From NCBI GenBank assembly GCA_024698705.1, contig JAILQX010000017.1, positions 13,988 to 77,987 of the forward strand: DNA of 64,000 nucleotides. Reading direction: 5' to 3'. The notes below the pieces were generated by a model. It ran no database searches and was not told the origin of the DNA. It worked only from the letters and a program-made list of their open reading frames with translations. The translations under genes and the position numbers were made by a program. This document shows, piece after piece, positions 17,241-25,880 of this stretch (position 1 is the first letter of the stretch; every line of letters begins with the position of its first letter). The DNA is from Lachnospiraceae bacterium (GTDB lineage Bacteria > Bacillota > Clostridia > Lachnospirales > Lachnospiraceae).

Positions 17241-17906
17241 TCAAGCTTTGTTGTATTTATTCTTTCTGCGTCTGCGTCGCTTTTTATGTCCATGCTCTGT
17301 CCTATAAGCATTGATCTCATCAAATATGGTCGTATAATCCCTTTCAAATAATTCCTCGCTTACCTGTTTCCAAAGTATTTCCTCCGGAACACTGTCCAGA
17401 ATGTATCTTTGAACATATTGCTTGCTCTTTGCGGCATACATATACAGCCCGTTTATCTGCTGAATGTGTGCAAGTTCCGGTCTCCAGAGTATGGTGATCT
17501 TATTCTCCGATTTCAGTAGCGGGTTGATCTCCGGCTTTCTCAGGACATAAAAATCGATAGCATCACCCGGCTCGCTCCCGGTCTCCATAGCTTCGGCTAC
17601 TATGATGCCCCAGTATTCCGGTACATGCTCCTCGATGTGAGCAGCGTGACTTGAACCGACCACAACTATATTGCGATCGTAATACATATCATAATTTCTG
17701 ACCTGTCCTTCAAGTCTTGTGTAACTGTCGCGGTCACTCTTGATCTCTATACCGTACAATGCATCCTCGGTGACCATCACGATATCCGCTCTTGCCTTTC
17801 CTGTCCTTTTCTCATCAAGGATGCGGACCTTACCGTATTCATTTTCCAGAAAATCATACAGTGATTCTCTTATATCTTTATCCGAAGTTCTGTATACTTC
17901 TTTCAT
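17241..17906 (-). CDS. sce7726 family protein (PD-(D/E)XK-like fold)
   Basis: RADIV...YGIEIKSDRDSYTRL..QV..Y...YD...VV pattern. Confidence 0.75.
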   Translation of the reverse strand: MKEVYRTSDKDIRESLYDFLENEYGKVRILDEKRTGKARADIVMVTEDALYGIEIKSDRDSYTRLEGQVRNYDMYYDRNIVVVGSSHAAHIEEHVPEYWGIIVAEAMETGSEPGDAIDFYVLRKPEINPLLKSENKITILWRPELAHIQQINGLYMYAAKSKQYVQRYILDSVPEEILWKQVSEELFERDYTTIFDEINAYRTEHGHKKRRRRRKNKYNKA

Positions 17907-17989
17907 TTGGTGTAATCTTTTGCCTCATCAATAAATCTTCTGCGGCTCAATATAATATATCTCTCCGTTTCCAATGATATGATATATTT

Positions 17990-18796
17990 TCATACCATTC
18001 TCAGATCGCAAGTATCAAATACAGTCCCTGTACTTATGTATCCCAGTCTTTCACCCATTACGGCCTTCATGATATCATATTGCTCCTGCCCAGTACAATG
18101 TCCGGTCAGGTAATACGTATCATAACTCATCAATTCCTTCGCTGCTTCCTGTAATCTGAGTGTTCCTGCTTCATCGGGCTCTATACCCATAAAATGAAAC
18201 CCTCCGACAAGAATATCAGGTTTAAACCAGTTCTCGATGTTAAGTATGCCCTTATGCGAGCATCCGCTTATCAGGACTCTGCGATCCTCTTCGAGAAGCA
18301 GGTAATGTTCATGCTTAAAATCCTCCGGTCTCTTCACATTATCAGTCACCACCGAAAGTCCTGCCGGATCTATCGGGCACTTAAGTTCCCTGTCATTGCA
18401 ACTAAAAAGAGTGATGCCTTTGTCGATCTCAAATTCATCACCTGTGTATACTATCCTGTCGGAGTCTTTAAGACTGATGTCTACTCCGATATATTTGTCC
18501 TTTTTATTGAAATGCTCCTCGAAAGCCCTGACATTCATGTAGATCTTCGCCTTGTCATTTACCTCAAAGAATCTCACGAATCCATTGCCATGATCATAGT
18601 GTCCGTGCGACAGGACCGCTATATCCACCTCACTGAGATCGACACCAAGTTTCGCTGCGTTTTCGATGATCGCTCCCGACTGCCCCGCATCAAACAATAT
18701 CTTATGCCCTGCGGTCTCGATATACAGACTGAGTCCATGCTCACACACAAGCGACTCATCTGCAGTTGTATTTTCCATCAATGTTGTGATCTTCAT
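17990..18796 (-). CDS. MBL-fold metallo-hydrolase (COG1237-like)
   Basis: EHGLSLYIE, LFDAG, LSHGHYDH, SGCSHKG, GGFH, GHCTG. Confidence 0.9.
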   Translation of the reverse strand: MKITTLMENTTADESLVCEHGLSLYIETAGHKILFDAGQSGAIIENAAKLGVDLSEVDIAVLSHGHYDHGNGFVRFFEVNDKAKIYMNVRAFEEHFNKKDKYIGVDISLKDSDRIVYTGDEFEIDKGITLFSCNDRELKCPIDPAGLSVVTDNVKRPEDFKHEHYLLLEEDRRVLISGCSHKGILNIENWFKPDILVGGFHFMGIEPDEAGTLRLQEAAKELMSYDTYYLTGHCTGQEQYDIMKAVMGERLGYISTGTVFDTCDLRMV

Positions 18797-18874
18797 GATA
18801 TACTCCGTCTTTAAGTTTCATGATATGCTCCGTCCGGCAGCTTCAAGATATGCTCCGTCCGGCAGCTTCATGAT
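18791..18874. repeat. 25-bp tandem repeat (3.4 copies) spanning the VanZ stop and the MBL start
   Basis: CTTCATGATATACTCCGTCTTTAAG / TTTCATGATATGCTCCGTCCGGCAG / CTTCAAGATATGCTCCGTCCGGCAG / CTTCATGAT. Confidence 0.9.
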
Positions 18875-19410
18875 TTCGGTTCGTTTCTTTTGGATCCTAT
18901 GCAACGCGCCACGATCCATACTATTAACATCCCGATGGATCCACCCAATACGTTGCATATGATATCATCAACCTCGCTCTTTCCGAGTGCAAATACAAAC
19001 TGCGCCACCTCTATCAGAAGCGAGATCAACGCAGTGATGAGCAAAGTCTTCTTTACGGACTTACACGCCATGCCGATCAGGATCCCTGCCGGAACAAAGA
19101 AAATAATATTTTCTACGATCAAAGCTTTCTCATAATTCCAGTTCAGCAATATATGGAACGGCCTCAGCTCCAACTCTCGCCTAACACCGATATCGCGCAT
19201 AAAGATCGCCACATACAGCAAAAATGAAAAATACACCCCTGACAAGCCACCAAAGAGCGCCCGTGAAACGGCCGCTCCGACAGTAAATCCTTCGTTTTTT
19301 TCTTTATATATCAACACGGCCCCCGTGGCCGCAAAAGCACCTACGAACAGCACTAAAAACCATGAACCGTTCCAGTATGAACGCAGGTGATTCATTATCA
19401 TAGAAAACAC
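18868..19410 (-). CDS. VanZ family membrane protein
   Basis: ENIIFFVPAG, SLLIEVAQF, EVDDIICNVLGG. Confidence 0.88.
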   Translation of the reverse strand: MFSMIMNHLRSYWNGSWFLVLFVGAFAATGAVLIYKEKNEGFTVGAAVSRALFGGLSGVYFSFLLYVAIFMRDIGVRRELELRPFHILLNWNYEKALIVENIIFFVPAGILIGMACKSVKKTLLITALISLLIEVAQFVFALGKSEVDDIICNVLGGSIGMLIVWIVARCIGSKRNEPKS

Positions 19411-19441
19411 ACAAAATATCTCCGTTATTAGTATTCAAGCC

Positions 19442-19470
19442 ATTATATCAAGCCCGGTTCGGAATATCAA
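19442..19470 (-). promoter_or_regulatory. Sigma-70 promoter (extended -10) for vanZ-like/MBL genes
   Basis: Minus strand TTGATA-17 bp-TATAAT with TGn immediately before the -10. Confidence 0.7.
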
Positions 19471-19483
19471 GATTGTAAAGATC

Positions 19484-19563
19484 TTTACGCTGTACGTCAA
19501 CAGTACGAGTTATTACGCTGTTCTTGAACAGTACAGGGACTTTTCGCTATACATGAACAGACT
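19484..19563. repeat. Three degenerate 28-29-bp repeats, each with a CT(G/A)T-N6-ACAG dyad
   Basis: CTGTACGTCAACAG at 19490, CTGTTCTTGAACAG at 19518, CTATACATGAACAG at 19547. Confidence 0.65.
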
Positions 19564-20544
19564 CTAACTCTGCATAAGCATAGCCTTAAGTCTTTCGACC
19601 TCTTCGAGAAGATTCTTGTAGGATTCCTTAAGGCTGTTGTTATCTTCCTGCAGACTGTTGTAGGCTTCCTGCAATTCCATAATGGTATTGTCCTTCTCCT
19701 TCAACTCTATCCTCTGCTGTATTATCATCCTGCGATCATTCTTCGCAGGATAATCTTCTATAACTCTGCCACCCATGATATCACCTATCCCTTTCCTCAC
19801 ATTGCTCCATTTATCGGATATCCGGTCAATTACGATCGCGGTCATGTTTATGACCGAGCGTACTTCATTTGAATCGAGCAGGCCCTCCGTGTACGCCATT
19901 TCAAGCCGCCCATAGATGTCTTTAAAATATGCCTTCAGGCTTTCAAGTTTCTCCTCGTCTTCGTTGTATATCTTCAATTCCTTCTCAAATACAAATATAT
20001 GAAATGGTATCAGAAAATACAACCTTTTTTCAAATAATTCATCAATACTATACCCGTTTAAGCTCACTGTTCTCACAGGTATATGCATATCGCCGGCTTC
20101 ACTTCTTAAGTGAATGAACAGTTTCTCGGGATTATCCGTACCCCTTAGAAATATAACAGCCGTCTGAGGAAAATCAACATCTATGGTCTTCCTGTCATCA
20201 CTGAAAGTTATCGACTTTTCAGCCAGTTTGAAATCATACTCGTATATACGTATGAGTATGATCCCATCACCATAAGCCTTAGATTCAGACTCCACATGAT
20301 AAACATGCTTCCGCTTATCATCATCTTCTAAACTTATCACCGAATCCACAGCCCTTCGCCGTGTTTTCCGCGGCGTCTGATACATCAGTTCCTGCTGAAG
20401 CAGTTCATTTCCGGTATCACGTTTGTAATGTGTACCGAATACCTCATTGATCAGAGGGATGAGAAGCTGACTGCAGTCAGTTGCGAGGGTCTTATGCACA
20501 TCATCGTATGTAGGTACAGAACCCGCTTTTCTCTTGTTTGCCAT
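19564..20544 (-). CDS. Rpn / PD-(D/E)XK nuclease family 'transposase'-like protein with a coiled-coil tail
   Basis: YDDVHKTL, LIPLINEVFG, RAVDSVI, YHVESES, IRIYEYD, LYFLIPFHIF; start ATG 20544 with AAGGAGG SD. Confidence 0.75.
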   Translation of the reverse strand: MANKRKAGSVPTYDDVHKTLATDCSQLLIPLINEVFGTHYKRDTGNELLQQELMYQTPRKTRRRAVDSVISLEDDDKRKHVYHVESESKAYGDGIILIRIYEYDFKLAEKSITFSDDRKTIDVDFPQTAVIFLRGTDNPEKLFIHLRSEAGDMHIPVRTVSLNGYSIDELFEKRLYFLIPFHIFVFEKELKIYNEDEEKLESLKAYFKDIYGRLEMAYTEGLLDSNEVRSVINMTAIVIDRISDKWSNVRKGIGDIMGGRVIEDYPAKNDRRMIIQQRIELKEKDNTIMELQEAYNSLQEDNNSLKESYKNLLEEVERLKAMLMQS

Positions 20545-20927
20545 TAGCGCCTCCTTCACATTTGATAGCGCAGGAGACACATATATGATGCCCATAGGGT
20601 TGATTGAAGTACCGAGACAAAATTTATAAGAACGTACCAAACTTCATCCGGATGATCCAAACCGCCCCTGATACATGCTTAAACATAAGCTCCTGCTATT
20701 TGATTGAAAATAATATGAATAGCATGAGCTTTATGTGGATAAAGATTGGTATATCCAAGTCCAAAGATTGTGGTCGTTTAACCGATCATTCCGGTAAGAT
20801 AGCGGCCCGCGTGGACTCTCGGAGGAAGCGGTCCTCCTTATATACCTTCATGCTTAATCGAGCTTTGATGCCCTTGATCTGATTCTATCTTAACATCCAA
20901 AGATGCAATAAACAATAAAAATCTGCT

Positions 20928-21722
20928 TTATAGCTTAACCTTTTCCGCCGTCAAACGCCTCTTTTCAAGCGTTTTGTCAAATAACTCATCCGCGATACGC
21001 GGCAATTGTTCATAGATGACCTTCGTCCCTTCCTCCGTAATACCGTTTGGTGTAGCCACGCGTTTAACAACATCATCAAAGTTCATATCACGATCGAGCA
21101 TCAGCTCGCCGGTTGCCGTAAGGGTATGAAGGACCATTTGCGATATCTCAGCCTGCGATAATGAGGTATGCTTGCCGGCCGCTTCGCAGATCACATCAAA
21201 TACAGCCGCAATAAATCCCGGCATGCAACTGACCAGTTCGGAACCCATACCAAGCTCATTTTCAGGAAGTTCTATGACACGACCGATCGACTCCAGCAAT
21301 CCGCACAGGCGTCCTTTGTCATCTTCGGTAATTCCGCGTCCAAAGCTTACCAGCGTCTGCGAACGATCGATCTCGGCCGTCACACTTGGTATGACCTTCG
21401 CAAGTCCGGCGCATGTCAGCTTCTCAAGCTGTTCAAATGTCACGCTTCCGTTAAGAGACACTATTACCTTGTCTTCGCTGACACAGTCCGCAATATCGGT
21501 AAGCACCGTTCCGATATCCATGGGCCGCACACAGACAAATATAATGTCCGACTCTCCGGCAAGTTCAGCCGCACCGGTGCATATCTTATATCTGTCCGGT
21601 CTTACCGGTATCTTCGCCATAGTCCTGTTATAAACCAGGTAATCATTATCCGGCAACCCAACCGAAAATTTATCAAGCAGCATGCTTCCCATGCTGCCGT
21701 ATCCGATTATTCCAACATTCAT
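20928..21722 (-). CDS. proC: Pyrroline-5-carboxylate reductase family protein (ProC/ComER-like)
   Basis: Rossmann GIIGYGSMG, FVCVRP, SCMPGF, VATPNGITEEG. Confidence 0.75.
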   Translation of the reverse strand: MNVGIIGYGSMGSMLLDKFSVGLPDNDYLVYNRTMAKIPVRPDRYKICTGAAELAGESDIIFVCVRPMDIGTVLTDIADCVSEDKVIVSLNGSVTFEQLEKLTCAGLAKVIPSVTAEIDRSQTLVSFGRGITEDDKGRLCGLLESIGRVIELPENELGMGSELVSCMPGFIAAVFDVICEAAGKHTSLSQAEISQMVLHTLTATGELMLDRDMNFDDVVKRVATPNGITEEGTKVIYEQLPRIADELFDKTLEKRRLTAEKVKL

Positions 21723-21737
21723 ATTTCCGTCCTTTAT

Positions 21738-22208
21738 CTACGGTTCCCGCTCTGCATCGGTGTCAACAGCATTCTCGGTGTCTGCGGTGTTCTTATTTGA
21801 TGCGATCCTTTTATCAACAACTTTGAGGATGCATTTCCTGATCACGGTCAGAATAACGGTCACAAATGCAGCCATAAAAAAATACGGCAATATAAAAAAT
21901 GTCCCCATTCCTTCTGTCATGAACAACAGCAGTATAATGGCCAGATACAGCAGAAACGGTAAAAAATCATAAAAGAATCTGTAATTCCTTTTTTCTCTCT
22001 CATAATCCCCATACAAATAATAATGATCCTGCACAACGCACCCGATCACTGTCAGTAAAAGTGCAACCGCAAAACCGATCGCATTCGGCCATCTCAGAAT
22101 ATTAACAAGCAGCGTGAAATTGATATATCCGATCGCCATCCACCACAAAATATGAACGACGATAACTATGCCATTGTTTCTTTTGAAATAATCTAAGAAT
22201 CTGTCCAT
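21738..22208 (-). CDS. Hypothetical 4-TM membrane protein
   Basis: Four hydrophobic segments; GGAG SD; 15 bp upstream of the proC-like gene. Confidence 0.65.
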   Translation of the reverse strand: MDRFLDYFKRNNGIVIVVHILWWMAIGYINFTLLVNILRWPNAIGFAVALLLTVIGCVVQDHYYLYGDYEREKRNYRFFYDFLPFLLYLAIILLLFMTEGMGTFFILPYFFMAAFVTVILTVIRKCILKVVDKRIASNKNTADTENAVDTDAEREP

Positions 22209-22297
22209 TGATCTCCTGTTTGTCAGTCTGCTTTTTGTGGAATGTCAAATACTAATTTCTCTATCCACGCTCAAATAACAGAGATTAGTTATTTGTT

Positions 22298-23422
22298 TCA
22301 TACATAATCTTTTATAATATGTAATTCAATAAGCAAATCTTTAAGTTTTTGTTTTATGCATGCTATAGGAAGAGCAATAAAAACAGCTCTTTTAAAATTC
22401 CCATTTTTTTTCAAACTCTTCATAAACCTTCTCCTTCCAATATGCCTGTTGGATGGATGTTTCAGTTGATGATTCGCATCAACTGCTGCACTTAAATCAA
22501 CCTCTTCTAAATGCAATTCAGCTGTTTCAAGTAAGGCAATACCCTTCTCACTTTGACAAAGGATAAGTGAAACTCCCTTATCCATCTTATCCGACAGCTG
22601 TCCCCATGCATCTCCAAGTGTGATATCAGAGACGCGTTTGATAGACGCGTACCTACAAGAATAGCAATTCTCTGTATAATTAAGACTATTTAAAAAAGCC
22701 AAAAGATACGAATCCAAAACGCGATTAGGCTTAATACGACTTCCATTTATGCTTATTCCAAATCTGTTATTATTTCTGAAGTCTATTTGCGTGATAGTCT
22801 CCCATATAATTCCTTCATCTGAAATGTATTGTTTCAACAAACTTGGCGATGGGGTCCCATGGCAAATCAAATCCATGGTGTATAGTTCTTCATATTCCCT
22901 ATAAAGACTTATTACTCCAGCGACTTGACATGGAAGGCCAATAAAAAGGACTTTCTCACCTCTACTAAGAAGAGTTTTAATCTCTTCATAAATGTTTTGT
23001 GGATTACTTTTAACATATTTTGACCCAGCAAACTTGTTTATATCTTTTACATTATTAGTTGCCTTAAATATAAAATCTCCATCCTCAAATAAACAAGAAA
23101 CCACATATCCGCCTTTTTTTACGAAAGACATAATAATAGCTGAAGCCGCTCCTCCCGATGCTGAGTGTTGTCTGATTTCTTCCGGGGCCCACCCTTGTTT
23201 CCAAAAAATCGGCTCTCTCAACTCGCATAAAACTTCATTTGGACAAACCTTTTTACATGTATCGCAATCCACACACTTTTCCTTATCAATTATGGCATTA
23301 AGTGCTCCTATAGAATCTTCTATTCGTATAGCATTCTTGGGACATACGTTCTCACAAGCTCTACATCCAGTACACATATCAATATCACATACTGTACTCA
23401 TCTTTTCACTCTTTCTCATCAT
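22298..23422 (-). CDS. 4Fe-4S protein with FrhB-type (F420 hydrogenase beta subunit-like) domains, polysaccharide-locus type
   Basis: CTGCRACENVCP, CVDCDTCKKVCP, SASGGAAS, GSKYVKS, GLPCQV, DLICHGTPS, CYSCRY. Confidence 0.88.
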   Translation of the reverse strand: MMRKSEKMSTVCDIDMCTGCRACENVCPKNAIRIEDSIGALNAIIDKEKCVDCDTCKKVCPNEVLCELREPIFWKQGWAPEEIRQHSASGGAASAIIMSFVKKGGYVVSCLFEDGDFIFKATNNVKDINKFAGSKYVKSNPQNIYEEIKTLLSRGEKVLFIGLPCQVAGVISLYREYEELYTMDLICHGTPSPSLLKQYISDEGIIWETITQIDFRNNNRFGISINGSRIKPNRVLDSYLLAFLNSLNYTENCYSCRYASIKRVSDITLGDAWGQLSDKMDKGVSLILCQSEKGIALLETAELHLEEVDLSAAVDANHQLKHPSNRHIGRRRFMKSLKKNGNFKRAVFIALPIACIKQKLKDLLIELHIIKDYV

Positions 23423-24867
23423 CTGCGCAGACTCTTATGCCTATTTAAAACTATATGGGATACTCCCTTAACTAATTCACGAAATTCTTTTCCAAAAACA
23501 CATGGTATAACAATAACGCAAATTATCCTTATGATTTCATATGCTATGCCATTAAAAAATAACGACACTCCCGAAATAATCATTATAAAAAGACATGTAA
23601 AATATTTTAAATCTGATATTTTTATTCTAATATATTTTCGGGTATCAAAAAGGCGATAAATAAATACTCCAACATAACTTAACAACGTAGCAACTGCAGC
23701 TCCATTAACTTTCATCTTTGGTATTAGGATCAGATTCAACAATATATTTATCGTTGCCCCCAATGCTGCCGAAAACAAAAACCCCTTTCCATCTTTCTCA
23801 ACTACATATGGTGTTGCCAAAAAAGATCCTAGAGAAAGAAAAACAAACCCTATTACTAAATATGGTGTATATTTCCAAGACTCATAAAACTCTTTTCCCG
23901 TATACACCCGTAAAAAAGATTTAATAACAAGAAAAATGGATACTGCAACAAAAGAAGCGGTAGCGAACAGTCCTCTAAACACTTTATTACTATATGCTTC
24001 CTTATCGTCACTATCATTTTCTCGGATTGCCGAGTAAGACCATGCCTGGTTAAATATCTGTACTAAACCAGTTAATAGAGATGGGATTTTATATGAAACC
24101 GCATATACTCCATTTGCCGCTTCACTAACCAATGCTGTAACCATAATTCGATCCGATGAATTAGTAACCCACCACAGAAAAGTGTTGGGCGCTAAAACCA
24201 TTGCATATCGTATCATATTTTTCGTTAAAGCAACATCAATATGAAATGCCTTTAACTCTAAAATTACCTTTCCGGCAATACACGCATATATGGAAGTGAT
24301 TAAGTTTGCCAAAATATATGCTAGAAAATACCCTTTTATCCCTAACTTAAATGAAACCAGAAATAAAATATTGAATCCTGCTATTAATCCCGCATTAATG
24401 ATATTCCCTATAGAATACTTTAATAACTCTTCCTTTCCCCTTAAATAGCACAAGAATAATTGACTACTTGCTAACATAAATATACATGCACAAAGATAAA
24501 AAGAGTATTCAGAGATATACTGCGCCTGGTGAAGAAAAACAACCGGAAATACTACGTGAGTAATTGGTATTGCAAAAAGTGTGATAAGTAACGCTATTCC
24601 CCAAATACTTATTCCCGTACTTATAATCCCTGTCCTATCCGAATCTTTATCAAGTGGAAATCTCATCAATGATTCACCTATATTCAATATTACTAGAGGC
24701 GCCAGAACAGTACATATTGTAAAAAGTAAATCTATAATTCCATATTCTTCTGTAGTTAAAACATTCGTATATAATGGCACTAGAAAAAAAGCTATTATTT
24801 TCGTACCCAAGCTACCAATTGCGAAAATAAAGGTATTCTTAGCAAGATATCCCCTGCGTCCCATCAA
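23419..24867 (-). CDS. wzx: Wzx flippase
   Basis: About 12-14 TM; LAKNTFIFAIGS...LVPLYTNVL, SDRIMV...GVYAVSYK. Confidence 0.88.
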   Translation of the reverse strand: MMGRRGYLAKNTFIFAIGSLGTKIIAFFLVPLYTNVLTTEEYGIIDLLFTICTVLAPLVILNIGESLMRFPLDKDSDRTGIISTGISIWGIALLITLFAIPITHVVFPVVFLHQAQYISEYSFYLCACIFMLASSQLFLCYLRGKEELLKYSIGNIINAGLIAGFNILFLVSFKLGIKGYFLAYILANLITSIYACIAGKVILELKAFHIDVALTKNMIRYAMVLAPNTFLWWVTNSSDRIMVTALVSEAANGVYAVSYKIPSLLTGLVQIFNQAWSYSAIRENDSDDKEAYSNKVFRGLFATASFVAVSIFLVIKSFLRVYTGKEFYESWKYTPYLVIGFVFLSLGSFLATPYVVEKDGKGFLFSAALGATINILLNLILIPKMKVNGAAVATLLSYVGVFIYRLFDTRKYIRIKISDLKYFTCLFIMIISGVSLFFNGIAYEIIRIICVIVIPCVFGKEFRELVKGVSHIVLNRHKSLRR

Positions 24868-24868
24868 T

Positions 24869-25834
24869 TCATCTCCAACTTCTGTTTCTTACTGCAATAG
24901 AAATGTATGTATCAATTAAACACATTCTCAATGCTTTACCCACTCTAGTACGATGTCCAACCAGTTGCCATAATAATCTGTACATTTCTCTTAACTCATT
25001 GGTCATCAGTTTTTTGTTTTCTTTATCTGGCAATTGATTCATTGCGCGAATCAAACGATGTCTTACTATTAATTCGAAATACTCGCAGGCATAAACCAAA
25101 TTATCCGGAGCATTATTATTTACAAAAAATTTTTTTAATCCTCTAGCAACATCTATTCCTGACCATTGCCCTGGAAAAAAAGCTCTTTTACTCTGAGATA
25201 ATGGATTTTGCACCCAATGATATAATGGCGTATCATCAAAATATAGTTTTCTCACCTTATACATCAATCTAATCATCATTGAATAGTCTTCATATTGACT
25301 ACCCACTGGGAAAACAACATCCTCTATTACTGATCGACTTATCAGCTTGTTCCACACCGCCCCAGAAGCAGTTTTGTTTTGAAAAAGAATATTATATATA
25401 AAAACTTCCGACTCATATATACCCGAATGCATTTCAACAAATCTATTCTCCTCGCTTCCGTCTATATAAGTCATATAATTAGCGCAACAAGACAGAAGTA
25501 CATCATTATCGATAGCATTCTTTAAGAGTCTCTCATACATTGTAGGTTCTATATAATCGTCATCATCTACAAATCCTATATAATCCCCTGTGGAGATTTC
25601 TATGCCAAAATTTCTCGCTTCAGCCTGTCCCCCGTTTGCCTTGTGTAACACTACTATCCGTTTATCCTCTTGTTTTAATTCGTCACAAATATGAGGAGAT
25701 TCATCTGGGCTTCCATCATCAACAAGTATTATTTCAAGGTTTTCATACGTTTGTTTCATAATCGACTGAACACACTTACGTAACGTTTTTTCACCTCGAA
25801 ATACGGGAACTATCACGCTAATTTTACATTTCAT
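24869..25834 (-). CDS. GT2 glycosyltransferase
   Basis: ISVIVPVF, LVDDGS, ARNFG, FVDDDD. Confidence 0.9.
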   Translation of the reverse strand: MKCKISVIVPVFRGEKTLRKCVQSIMKQTYENLEIILVDDGSPDESPHICDELKQEDKRIVVLHKANGGQAEARNFGIEISTGDYIGFVDDDDYIEPTMYERLLKNAIDNDVLLSCCANYMTYIDGSEENRFVEMHSGIYESEVFIYNILFQNKTASGAVWNKLISRSVIEDVVFPVGSQYEDYSMMIRLMYKVRKLYFDDTPLYHWVQNPLSQSKRAFFPGQWSGIDVARGLKKFFVNNNAPDNLVYACEYFELIVRHRLIRAMNQLPDKENKKLMTNELREMYRLLWQLVGHRTRVGKALRMCLIDTYISIAVRNRSWR

Positions 25835-25880
25835 TTAAAAACCGCCTAAACAATCTAATAATCTAATAAAGCAGGAAACA

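Noticed and set aside
6910-19410. Vancomycin resistance cluster (vanW and vanZ-like genes)
   Set aside because: The two genes are 11 kb apart with no vanHAX/vanRS; both families are widespread outside resistance loci.
19490-19560. LexA/SOS boxes
   Set aside because: The spacing is CTGT-N6-ACAG, not the proteobacterial N8, and it does not match the Firmicute GAAC-N4-GTTC box.
19564-20544. Active IS element
   Set aside because: Although the family is labelled 'transposase', there are no terminal inverted repeats or target duplications, and Rpn proteins are not established transposases.
20641-20927. Small gene or pseudogene between the Rpn-like and proC-like genes
   Set aside because: Only short frames without an SD or recognisable motif (e.g. 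MKVYKEDRFLRESTRAAILPE); not supportable.
22298-23422. Methanogen-type F420 hydrogenase or archaeal contamination
   Set aside because: No hydrogenase subunits are present; the gene overlaps wzx in a bacterial EPS locus, where this family is common.
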